Positions 22,020 through 30,832 of a DNA stretch of 64,000 bases are shown here, piece by piece (position 1 is the stretch's first letter; each line of letters starts with the position of its first letter). The notes beneath the pieces are model-generated. The model did not search any database and was not told where the DNA came from. It saw only the letters and a program-made list of their open reading frames with translations. This stretch comes from Synechococcus sp. (GTDB lineage Bacteria > Cyanobacteriota > Cyanobacteriia > PCC-6307 > Cyanobiaceae). A program made the translations under genes and the position numbers. Location: assembly GCA_047285535.1 (NCBI GenBank), contig JBJBDC010000001.1:480136-544135 (forward strand), given 5' to 3'.

Positions 22020-22664
22020 TTATCTCATCGGCAATGGTGACAGAGTGTGGAGACGGCCCTCTTTTAATCTCCAATGCTGGCCTCTCCAACCCTCAAAAAG
22101 ATCTGGTTCATGGGTGACCACAATGAGGGGGCGATCATGGGCAAGATCTTGAAGCAGTTCGAGCACTTCAGATCGGACAGACCAGTCAAGTCCAGCTGTT
22201 GGTTCATCGAGCAGTAGAACTTTGGGACGGCGAAGAAGCTGGACAGCTAGTGCTAATCGTCGCTGCTGGCCTCCGCTCAAGCGTTCTGGTGCCTGTCGCA
22301 CATCCACTTCATCCAGACCGACTCGCCTCAGAACATCACTGCGCTCTTGACTCGTCAGCCTCCGGTGGCCAAGTTTTAATTCCTGAGCAATGTTCAATCC
22401 CAGAAAATGACGTTCTGGAAACTGAAAAACCACACCACAGAGCCACCTCCTTTGCCGTCGCGTTAACGCTTCCTCCTTCCAATGGATGGAGCCTTGCTGT
22501 GCGCTCGCGAGGCCACTAATGACTTCAAGCAAACTTGTTTTGCCACTTCCGCTGTTCCCGGAAATCAGCACTGGCTCCCCTGCGTTCGCTGTCAGGTTGA
22601 TTTTGTGAAGCACCACTCGCTCGGAGGTCGCAGGCCGGAATTGGATGTCGTGAAGCTCCAGCAT
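22020..22664 (-). CDS. ABC transporter ATP-binding protein
   Basis: GNSGSGKT, VFQFPE, LSGGQQRR, LLLDEP. Confidence 0.92.
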   Translation of the reverse strand: MLELHDIQFRPATSERVVLHKINLTANAGEPVLISGNSGSGKTSLLEVISGLASAQQGSIHWKEEALTRRQRRWLCGVVFQFPERHFLGLNIAQELKLGHRRLTSQERSDVLRRVGLDEVDVRQAPERLSGGQQRRLALAVQLLRRPKVLLLDEPTAGLDWSVRSEVLELLQDLAHDRPLIVVTHEPDLFEGWRGQHWRLKEGRLHTLSPLPMR

Positions 22665-22771
22665 GCCCCTTAGGTGGTTCTCTTGATGGCAGGTCGATTA
22701 TCAGCATGATCGATCAAGGCCGTGGCCGATCTCTTTTTAGACAGCGATGATGCAACAGTCTCCAAGAGGTC

Positions 22772-23221
22772 ATGCACGTTCGTTTCCGAGAGGTCGATCC
22801 CTTCAATTGCTGGGTGTGGCTTCGCTTCAGTGAGATTCCCAGTCAAGGTGAGCGTAATTATGTCGATGGAATCTTTGACAGCTGGTATGTCATTGGTCGG
22901 CTCGGTGGGTTCAATGCTGAAAATCTTCAGGTGCATGAAGAGGCAGAAGATCTGAGTTGGATGAGTTATGACAATGACGAGGCTTCCTCTGTCATGCCGG
23001 CCTTGATGCACAACATGGGTCAGCTTGAGTACCAAGAGGAGTGGGCCCGTTGCTGGTTGGACTTGGGCACGAGTGATGGCATTGGTTTAGATGTTTTGAT
23101 CAACGCTTTACAGCAACTGAATGCTGATGTTGTGAAGATCGATCAATTGCTGATTGGTGGCGTCAATGAAGACTGGCCTGTGGAGGATCACCCTGACAGC
23201 GTGTTCCCCAACCTGAACTGA
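22772..23221 (+). CDS. DUF3531 family protein
   Basis: FREVDPFNCWVWL, GGFNAENLQ, WLDLGTSD. Confidence 0.8.
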   Translation: MHVRFREVDPFNCWVWLRFSEIPSQGERNYVDGIFDSWYVIGRLGGFNAENLQVHEEAEDLSWMSYDNDEASSVMPALMHNMGQLEYQEEWARCWLDLGTSDGIGLDVLINALQQLNADVVKIDQLLIGGVNEDWPVEDHPDSVFPNLN

Positions 23222-23254
23222 CTCTTTGTTAAATTAAGGAGTCCATTTTTATCC

Positions 23255-23346
23255 CGCACACCTGTCCGTTTCGGGTGCTGGATGTTGTGATCTGAGCCTT
23301 TGCTCTTCACACTCCATACCTGGCAGGTGGAGGCGAACCCGAAACC
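23255..23346 (+). promoter_or_regulatory. rpsB leader (t44/S2 autoregulatory RNA)
   Basis: CACCTGTC pairs with GGCAGGTG and GTTTCGGGT (23268-23276) pairs with ACCCGAAAC (23337-23345), giving a pseudoknot just upstream of rpsB. Confidence 0.75.
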
Positions 23347-23357
23347 CACAACAAAAC

Positions 23358-24068
23358 ATGGCTGTCGTCACTCTCGCCGAGATGATGGAAGCTGGTGCCC
23401 ACTTTGGACACCAGACCCGTCGTTGGAACCCCAAAATGTCGCGCTACATCTATTGCGCGCGTAACGGTGTACACATCATTGACCTTGTGCAGACTGCTGT
23501 CTGCATGAATAACGCATATAAATGGGTGCGCTCCGCTGCACGCAGTGGAAAACGTTTTCTTTTTGTGGGAACCAAGAAGCAAGCCTCTGAAGTTGTGGCT
23601 CATGAAGCCCTGCGCTGTGGATCCTCTTACGTCAATCAGCGATGGCTTGGTGGAATGCTGACCAACTGGACCACCATGAAGGCAAGGATCGATCGACTGA
23701 AAGATCTAGAGCGCATGGAATCCAGTGGAGCTATCGCGATGCGTCCCAAAAAGGAAGGGGCTGTTTTACGTCGTGAACTCGAGCGGCTTCAGAAATACTT
23801 GGGCGGTCTGAAAAATATGCGCCGTCTCCCAGATGTTGTTGTGCTTGTCGATCAACGCCGAGAGACCAACGCGGTTCTTGAGGCTCGAAAGCTCGACATA
23901 TCGTTGGTTTCCATGCTGGATACCAATTGCGATCCAGACCTCTGTGAGGTGCCGATCCCTTGCAATGACGATGCGGTTCGCTCGGTTCAGTTGGTCTTGA
24001 GCCGCTTGGCTGATGCGATTAATGAAGGTCGTCATGGCGGCCAGGATGGCCGGGGCGATGATGGTTAG
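23358..24068 (+). CDS. rpsB: 30S ribosomal protein S2
   Basis: [28 protein letters not shown]. Confidence 0.99.
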   Translation: MAVVTLAEMMEAGAHFGHQTRRWNPKMSRYIYCARNGVHIIDLVQTAVCMNNAYKWVRSAARSGKRFLFVGTKKQASEVVAHEALRCGSSYVNQRWLGGMLTNWTTMKARIDRLKDLERMESSGAIAMRPKKEGAVLRRELERLQKYLGGLKNMRRLPDVVVLVDQRRETNAVLEARKLDISLVSMLDTNCDPDLCEVPIPCNDDAVRSVQLVLSRLADAINEGRHGGQDGRGDDG

Positions 24069-24162
24069 GGCTGATCTTCAGCCACTCAATAATGATTCCT
24101 AGCCGTTGCATGTCAATCGCCGCAGCGGCATCCTCATAGATCCCACCACTTAAATTCCCCTC

Positions 24163-24819
24163 ATGGCGGCCGTTTCAGCCAAGCTGGTTAAACAACTGCG
24201 CGACAAGACTGGCGCAGGAATGATGGATTGCAAGAAAGCCCTGGCAGAAACCAGTGGCGACACGACAAAAGCCATTGAATGGCTTCGTCAAAAAGGCATT
24301 TCCAGTGCAGAAAAGAAATCAAGTCGTGCAGCCGCAGAAGGTGCGATTGGCAGTTATATCCACACGGGAGCTCGTGTTGGTGTGTTGCTAGAGCTGAACT
24401 GTGAAACTGATTTCGTCGCTCGAGGTGACCTCTTCCAAGGGTTGCTCCGTGACGTGTCGATGCAGGTCGCTGCTTGTCCGAATGTGGAATATGTCAGCAC
24501 TGATGAAATCCCTCAAGACATTATTGATCGTGAAAAATCCATCGAGATGGGTCGCGACGATCTTGATGGCAAGCCAGAACAAATGAAGGTCAAGATTGTC
24601 GAAGGGCGCATCGGCAAACGTTTGAAGGAATTGTCCTTGTTGGATCAACCATTTATTCGAGACAGTTCGATGTCGGTGGCCGATTTAGTCAAGGAAGTTG
24701 CAGGCAAAATCGGGGAAAATGTGAAGGTACGACGTTTTACCCGCTACACCCTTGGAGAAGGTATTGAAATTGAACAAGTTGACTTTGCCACTGAAGTGGC
24801 TTCTATGACCAACGGCTGA
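24163..24819 (+). CDS. tsf: Elongation factor Ts
   Basis: [27 protein letters not shown]. Confidence 0.99.
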   Translation: MAAVSAKLVKQLRDKTGAGMMDCKKALAETSGDTTKAIEWLRQKGISSAEKKSSRAAAEGAIGSYIHTGARVGVLLELNCETDFVARGDLFQGLLRDVSMQVAACPNVEYVSTDEIPQDIIDREKSIEMGRDDLDGKPEQMKVKIVEGRIGKRLKELSLLDQPFIRDSSMSVADLVKEVAGKIGENVKVRRFTRYTLGEGIEIEQVDFATEVASMTNG

Positions 24820-24821
24820 TT

Positions 24822-26000
24822 TTGACGGCTGATACGCATTCCACCAGCGATTACGACTCGAACGAACAGCTCCGTCGGCTTCAAATACTAAGCCGACGGA
24901 TTGTTCCCTTGATGTATCGCGAACAAGCTCTTTATTTACAGATTCTGCGGGAGCTGTTGGTTCCAGGTGTCCGTAATGCAATCGGTCATCTGCTTTGTGA
25001 ACGTGGAGAACGGTTGTCGAGGATGTCCTCGGAGCAACAAGCCGAACTTCAAAACAAATTGGACGGACTTGTTCAACGTTGCAATAGCCTTTTGACTGTT
25101 GAGCAGCTCATGGATCTTTCCCGGCGCCTTCAGAAAGAGGCCTTGGAACTTAGGCAGCAGCTCCAGCTTGATGTGAATCAATCTCTTCAGAATGTTTCAG
25201 AGACTGAAAAAAACGCAATCGTTCGAGGAGGTATTGAGCTAAGCCTCACACCTCCTATTGAGAATCCCGATCTCCTAGTTGGATTGCTACCTCGCAACAA
25301 GGATGGATCTGAGAGTGATAATTCTTCCATCCATGCGGCGGATGAACAGCAGCGATCTGTTCAGGATCCGATTGATCGCGACTCATCTGTCGATGGAACA
25401 ACGACTGATTTGGATCTTTTGCGTTCACTTTTCCTAATGGCTGGGGAAGCCATGCATCAGGGAGATCATGAAGTTCAGGCAAGGAATTTGGAATCGGACT
25501 CGGCTGGACTTGATTCATCGGTTGTTCAATCTGAGCAGGTGGCTGAGGAATTGCTTCCCTCAATGCCTTTGGATTTGCTGAACTGGTTTGAAGGCCAAGA
25601 GTTAGCACTGAGCCGCAGGATTCGAAATTTGTCCCATGCTCTAAATGTTGAGTTGCTGAGGGCTGGTTTGATCAGCAGCCTTCTTCCTTCCTCCCTTCTC
25701 GATGCTGCAATCTCAGGACAGCTACAGGCTCTTCCCTCACCTTCTAATCTTCTAAGGCTCAAGCTCCCGCTGCCCATTCCATCCCAAGAACAAAACTTGG
25801 AAATCCTTAGCGTGTTGGTCAAACCTGCGGATCTTGAGTTTGACAACGTTTCTCTGCGGCAAAGTCGTTACCGGTTAGGTCAATATCGCAGCACTTTGCT
25901 GACAATGGTGCGTCAACAGCGGCATTGGCAAAATCGTCTCAACAGTCAGGAGGTGCAGAGTCAGTGGTGGCCCAATCCTCCGACGACACATCAGGACTGA
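24822..26000 (+). CDS. Conserved hypothetical protein
   Basis: Long ORF between tsf and recG; no catalytic motif recognised. Confidence 0.7.
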   Translation: MTADTHSTSDYDSNEQLRRLQILSRRIVPLMYREQALYLQILRELLVPGVRNAIGHLLCERGERLSRMSSEQQAELQNKLDGLVQRCNSLLTVEQLMDLSRRLQKEALELRQQLQLDVNQSLQNVSETEKNAIVRGGIELSLTPPIENPDLLVGLLPRNKDGSESDNSSIHAADEQQRSVQDPIDRDSSVDGTTTDLDLLRSLFLMAGEAMHQGDHEVQARNLESDSAGLDSSVVQSEQVAEELLPSMPLDLLNWFEGQELALSRRIRNLSHALNVELLRAGLISSLLPSSLLDAAISGQLQALPSPSNLLRLKLPLPIPSQEQNLEILSVLVKPADLEFDNVSLRQSRYRLGQYRSTLLTMVRQQRHWQNRLNSQEVQSQWWPNPPTTHQD

Positions 26001-28498
26001 ATCCGAGGCTCGATCGTCAGCAGTTGGAGTGTTTGCAGGCCTGGATTCGCCCGCTACAGCAGTCCCTCGCCCTTGAGGCTGAACGAGGATTTCTGGACCT
26101 TCAAGGTCGCAATGAATGCTTTCATGCCTTTCTAAGCCGTCAACTGTCGAGCCCGCCCCCTGTGGCTCTGCCAAACGACAGCCTGGTCCGTCTGCGTTCA
26201 TTGGCCAGCGAATTTTCGTCCTATCCCGACCTTGCTGATGCGGGCCGTCGTCGCCTTGTCAGTGGTACGCGTCAGTGGCTCCATGGTTTGCGTGCTCGCA
26301 TGGAACCATCAACCCCGATGGCCCCTCCTCGTTTAAAAGTAGCAACCACTCAGCAAGGTGTTGTCCAACCCGGATCTGGATCAGACACTTTGGGGTTGGA
26401 CTCCCCCCTTGCTCGAGTCCATGGCATTGGTCCCAAATTGGCCGAACGTTTGGCGAGTCTTGGTCTTTTTCTGGTTCGAGATCTAATCCAGCACTATCCG
26501 AGGGACTATGTCGATTACTCGGCTATGCGCAGAATTAACGATTTGGAGGCTGGTGAGACCGCAACGATTGTTGCCACGGTTCGTCGCTCGCATGGCTTCA
26601 CCAGTCCACGCAATCCCAATCTATCGATCATTGAACTGCAGCTTCAAGACCCCACCGGTCGAATTAAAGTCACTCGCTTTTTGGCTGGAAGACGGTTTAG
26701 TAATCCTTCTTATTTGCATGGTCAGACCCGTCAGTACCCCATTGGTTCCACCGTGGCTGTGAGTGGATTGGTCAAAAGTGGGCCTTATGGGTTCAGTTTT
26801 CAAGATCCGTTGATTGAAGTGATGGAGAGCGCCTCTGCACCAGTTCGTTCTCGTCAGATTGGAAGGCTTTTGCCCGTCTATCCCCTTACTGAAGGACTCA
26901 CGGCTGATCGCTTTCGAAGCTTGGTGGACGCGGTTTTGCCAGCAGCTCGTCTTTGGCCTGATCCTTTGCCCGCGCAACGTCGCAAGGCTCGCGGCCTTTT
27001 AGCTCGTGATCAAGCTTTGGTTGCCATCCATCGACCGGAGACCAGCGAGCAACTACAGCAAGCACGTCATCGCCTTGTGTTTGATGAGTTTCTGCTGTTG
27101 CAACTCAGTTTGATGCAACGAAGAGCGGCCATCCGTCAACGTTCAGCCCCCGTGCTACCTGCAGGCTTGCATGGAGAAGGTTTGAGCGGTCGTTTTTTAT
27201 CCCTTCTTCCTTTTGACCTTACGGATGCTCAGAAGCGCGTTCTTTCTGAGATTGAAAACGATCTTGAGCGCCCTGAACCGATGGCTCGCCTTGTGCAAGG
27301 CGATGTGGGTAGCGGCAAGACTGTGGTGGCCATTGCTGCTTTACTCCGCGCGGTGGAAGCCGGCTGGCAAGGGGCAATGATGGCCCCAACAGAAGTGTTA
27401 GCGGCACAGCATTACCGCAGTCTTTGCAGTTGGTTGCCTCAATTGCACGTAACGGTGGAGCTGCTCACCGGCTCAACAACTCGCCGCAATCGACGTCAGA
27501 TTCTGAATGATCTATCTGCCGGTAACTTGCGCATTCTTGTAGGAACCCACGCTCTATTGGAGGATCCTGTCGCCTTCGATCGCTTGGGATTGGTCGTTGT
27601 GGATGAGCAACATCGGTTTGGGGTCCGTCAGCGCAATCGCCTGCTCGATAAGGGATTGCAACCACATTTGCTCACGATGACAGCCACTCCGATTCCACGA
27701 ACGCTGGCGTTATCACTTCATGGTGATCTTGATGTGAGTCAGATCGATGAATTGCCTCCAGGTCGAACCCCGATTCGCACATCGGTGGTGAAAAGCTCTG
27801 ATCGCGAAGAAGCCTACGAGCTCATTCGAGCTCAGGTGTTGCAAGGTCAGCGCGTGTATGTAGTGCTTCCCTTGGTGGAGGAATCAGAAAAAGTCGATCT
27901 TCGCTCTGCCGTCGATGTGCATCGTCAGCTGTCCGAACAGGTCTTTCCTGAGTTCAGTGTTGGGCTTCTGCATGGACGCTTAGCCAGTGCTGATAAGCAA
28001 TCGGTCATTGCTGATTTTGCTAGTGGTGCGACTCAGATTTTGGTGTCCACCACTGTTGTCGAAGTGGGTGTGGATGTTCCTGAAGCCAGTGTGATGGTGG
28101 TCGAACATGCCGATCGTTTTGGTCTGGCCCAGTTGCACCAACTGCGGGGACGGGTTGGACGTGGTGCAGCCGCCTCATATTGCTTGCTCGTCAATGACAG
28201 CCGCAACCCCCTAGCTCGGCAACGTCTTGAGGTCTTAGCCCGTTCGAATGATGGATTTGAGATTGCGGAGATGGACCTTCGGTTTAGAGGGCCAGGACAA
28301 GTTCTTGGGACTCGTCAGTCAGGTTTGCCAGATTTGGCGCTAGCCAGTTTGGCTGATGATGGTGCTGTTTTAGAAGAAGCCCGGGATGAAGCTGCGAGTC
28401 TTCTTCATGAAGACCCAGATTTGTCTGACCATGGTCAAATTCGCTTACTGTTAGAAGATCAACGAAAGCGTGCGGCAGCTGCTGCGCAGCTCAACTAG
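25925..28498 (+). CDS. recG: ATP-dependent DNA helicase RecG
   Basis: LVQGDVGSGKT, MAPTEVLA, DEQHRFGVRQR, MTATPIPRTL, QLHQLRGRVGRG. Exact start uncertain. Confidence 0.97.
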   Translation: MAKSSQQSGGAESVVAQSSDDTSGLNPRLDRQQLECLQAWIRPLQQSLALEAERGFLDLQGRNECFHAFLSRQLSSPPPVALPNDSLVRLRSLASEFSSYPDLADAGRRRLVSGTRQWLHGLRARMEPSTPMAPPRLKVATTQQGVVQPGSGSDTLGLDSPLARVHGIGPKLAERLASLGLFLVRDLIQHYPRDYVDYSAMRRINDLEAGETATIVATVRRSHGFTSPRNPNLSIIELQLQDPTGRIKVTRFLAGRRFSNPSYLHGQTRQYPIGSTVAVSGLVKSGPYGFSFQDPLIEVMESASAPVRSRQIGRLLPVYPLTEGLTADRFRSLVDAVLPAARLWPDPLPAQRRKARGLLARDQALVAIHRPETSEQLQQARHRLVFDEFLLLQLSLMQRRAAIRQRSAPVLPAGLHGEGLSGRFLSLLPFDLTDAQKRVLSEIENDLERPEPMARLVQGDVGSGKTVVAIAALLRAVEAGWQGAMMAPTEVLAAQHYRSLCSWLPQLHVTVELLTGSTTRRNRRQILNDLSAGNLRILVGTHALLEDPVAFDRLGLVVVDEQHRFGVRQRNRLLDKGLQPHLLTMTATPIPRTLALSLHGDLDVSQIDELPPGRTPIRTSVVKSSDREEAYELIRAQVLQGQRVYVVLPLVEESEKVDLRSAVDVHRQLSEQVFPEFSVGLLHGRLASADKQSVIADFASGATQILVSTTVVEVGVDVPEASVMVVEHADRFGLAQLHQLRGRVGRGAAASYCLLVNDSRNPLARQRLEVLARSNDGFEIAEMDLRFRGPGQVLGTRQSGLPDLALASLADDGAVLEEARDEAASLLHEDPDLSDHGQIRLLLEDQRKRAAAAAQLN

Positions 28499-29818
28499 TC
28501 ATGGCTAAGCCCAGTGTTGAACGGTACTTTTTTGTTGGGAATGGTCTCCACCACCTATTGCCTGCGGCCATCAAACAAGACAGATGGATTGAAGTCAGAG
28601 TTAGATTTGCGATCTACTCTTTCTGTGATTAATGTTGACAGTATTCCTGTAGATTTTCGAACTTTCTCGGGTTGATTTGCCTTATTTTCTTTGGATTGAC
28701 GGCTCCTCGGGTAACAGTTCAAAGGGTTTTATTTGTAATACATTTATTTTTTGGAGTGATTTTCGCTCCGGGATTTAAGTTTTTGCTATGTATTTTGTCC
28801 TTTGTTTTCGGCTTGGATCCTAGTCATTGTTTTGCGTTGTTGCGACGTTTTCCTCTTGTGGGATCGAAGTATTCGACTGCGTTTTGAGTCAATACGAATA
28901 AGGGTATGAACTGTTTCTGTCAAGCCTGCCAGTGTCTAGGTATAGTTGGAACTCAGTTGCCTATGACTTTTGTTGGCTCTCGTTTGTAGTATGAATGAGC
29001 TCATGATTTCTCTTGGGTCGATCTGTCGTCGATGAAATGAATCTGGCTATTATTTTTAATGCCTTGAGGGTGGCAGTAGTGATTCTCTGAAGGGGGCTAA
29101 TCGCTTTTTGAAGTGATTGTATGTATGAAGATTAAGTTGTCTCTTGGGAATATTGTTGATTGCTTCTGGGAAGTTGTGTTTCTCAGTTATGGTTCTTATA
29201 GGGAGGGTTTATGTAAATTGGTTTTGTGGGTTGAATGCTTAGCACGCCATTGCTTGTTGATGCTTTGTCGTCAAGAACTCCCATCACAGAAAAAAGTTCT
29301 TTTCTTTGAGTTTTGGTGATAGGCATTGATAGTGTTTGAGGATTAGCTTTTGAATCTATGGCTTTAGCGTTGAAGGTGATCGTGCTTGCTGGCGAATGCT
29401 TCATGTTTGGATTGTTGTGGATTCTATGTTTCTGGCGAACTTGGCTTGTTGTTTGCCGGTCAAGGAGGGGTAGATGGAATGAGGGAGTGAGATCTATTGG
29501 GCTTAGATTGTAAGCCTAATTTCAATTATTTGAAATTCATGGCGACTAAACTGTGGCTTGATTCTACCTTGTGAATGTTTCCATTTTGTGCAAGCTTTTG
29601 TTCGTGTCATTCATCTTATCTTGACTGTCTAAATAATTACTTCGCTAATCCATGTCAGGTTTTACCGGCCGCTTGGTCGGGCTTAATGAGTCCTCTCACC
29701 GCTAAGGTTTTTATCACAAAATCAGAACGGCTGGGTATTGCCTGCTGAGAATCATCTGCAGTTTTTCATTGTTCGACATTTTGTATTCAGACATGGCTTT
29801 CTTAGACATGCTGGCTAC

Positions 29819-30832
29819 ATGTCTTCTTTTAGCCTCCTTGAGCGTGCCAGTGCGGAATTGCTGAACTGGCTCCACGAAACAGCTCAAGTCCAATCGATTG
29901 AAAAAAACACTCCACTCCTAAGAGAGGCCGAGATCAATCAGAAGGTTGTTCTGCTGCTCAAAGGGCAGCTGATCCTCACTTCAACGATCTTGAAAAGAGA
30001 AGTCGATGTTCTGGGAGATCTGAGTATTGGTGACCTTGTTGGAGAGATGAGTTGGCTTGAACAGCAGCCTGCCTTTGCAACTACAACGGCAAAGACAGGT
30101 GCAATGGTTTTAGAGATACCGTTCAAAAGCTTGGATAGCCTTCAAAACAGCAACCCTGCAATCGCGGCCGAACTGAATCGGTTATTAGCTCAAAAACTTG
30201 CGCTTCAAATCCAAGAGCAAAATATCTGGGTGCATCGTCTCAAGGAAAACACACTCCCTGAAGCCCCCCTTCGGAATGTTCTCGTACTCTTTGCCAGCCT
30301 CAATGAACAAGACATTCAGTGTCTTGCTGAACTGGGACAAAGGCAGAAACTTCAACCAGGTGACTGCCTCCTTAAGCAAGGGAACGATGTGGATGCCTTG
30401 TATCTCGTTATGAGCGGGGATGCAGAGATTACCTTCACTCTCTCTGGTGACACTCAACTTGTTGGTAGTGCTTGTAGGGGAGAATTGCTGGGAGACATGG
30501 CCTTTCTCCTTGAGGACCAATCAGGTGCCTCAGCTGACGTTCGCTCGAGGGATGGAATGGATTTGCTGCGTCTTGATCGCAGAGGTTTACGTCAGGCACT
30601 CGACCAAGATCCATATCTTTCCTGTCGCTTCTACAGAGGTTTGGCGTGCATGTTGTCTCAACGCAGTCGACATCAACTTCTCAGCAGGCAGGTCAATACC
30701 GTCAGTCATGAATCTGAATTGTTCGACAATGATCGACTTGACACGATTCAATTGCGAGGAATTAGTCGAGCAGCGCGCCATTTTGATTGGCTTTGCCAGC
30801 ATTTCCAAACTGGGCATCAGGTGCGGTCATGA
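29819..30832 (+). CDS. Tandem cyclic-nucleotide-binding-domain protein (bacteriocin-type transport-associated)
   Basis: Two cNMP-type barrels (GDLVGEMSWL, GELLGDMAFL); first gene of the exporter operon; ATG at 29819. Confidence 0.85.
   Translation: MSSFSLLERASAELLNWLHETAQVQSIEKNTPLLREAEINQKVVLLLKGQLILTSTILKREVDVLGDLSIGDLVGEMSWLEQQPAFATTTAKTGAMVLEIPFKSLDSLQNSNPAIAAELNRLLAQKLALQIQEQNIWVHRLKENTLPEAPLRNVLVLFASLNEQDIQCLAELGQRQKLQPGDCLLKQGNDVDALYLVMSGDAEITFTLSGDTQLVGSACRGELLGDMAFLLEDQSGASADVRSRDGMDLLRLDRRGLRQALDQDPYLSCRFYRGLACMLSQRSRHQLLSRQVNTVSHESELFDNDRLDTIQLRGISRAARHFDWLCQHFQTGHQVRS

Noticed and set aside
24822..26000. Second adenylate cyclase (a label I recall for this orthologue)
   Set aside because: No class III cyclase motifs present
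29183..29404. Double-glycine precursor peptide for the exporter
   Set aside because: KELFSVMGV only loosely resembles a leader and lacks GG/GA; more likely a pseudogene fragment
29703..29718. CRP site upstream of the exporter operon
   Set aside because: Only one half-site (TCACA) matches
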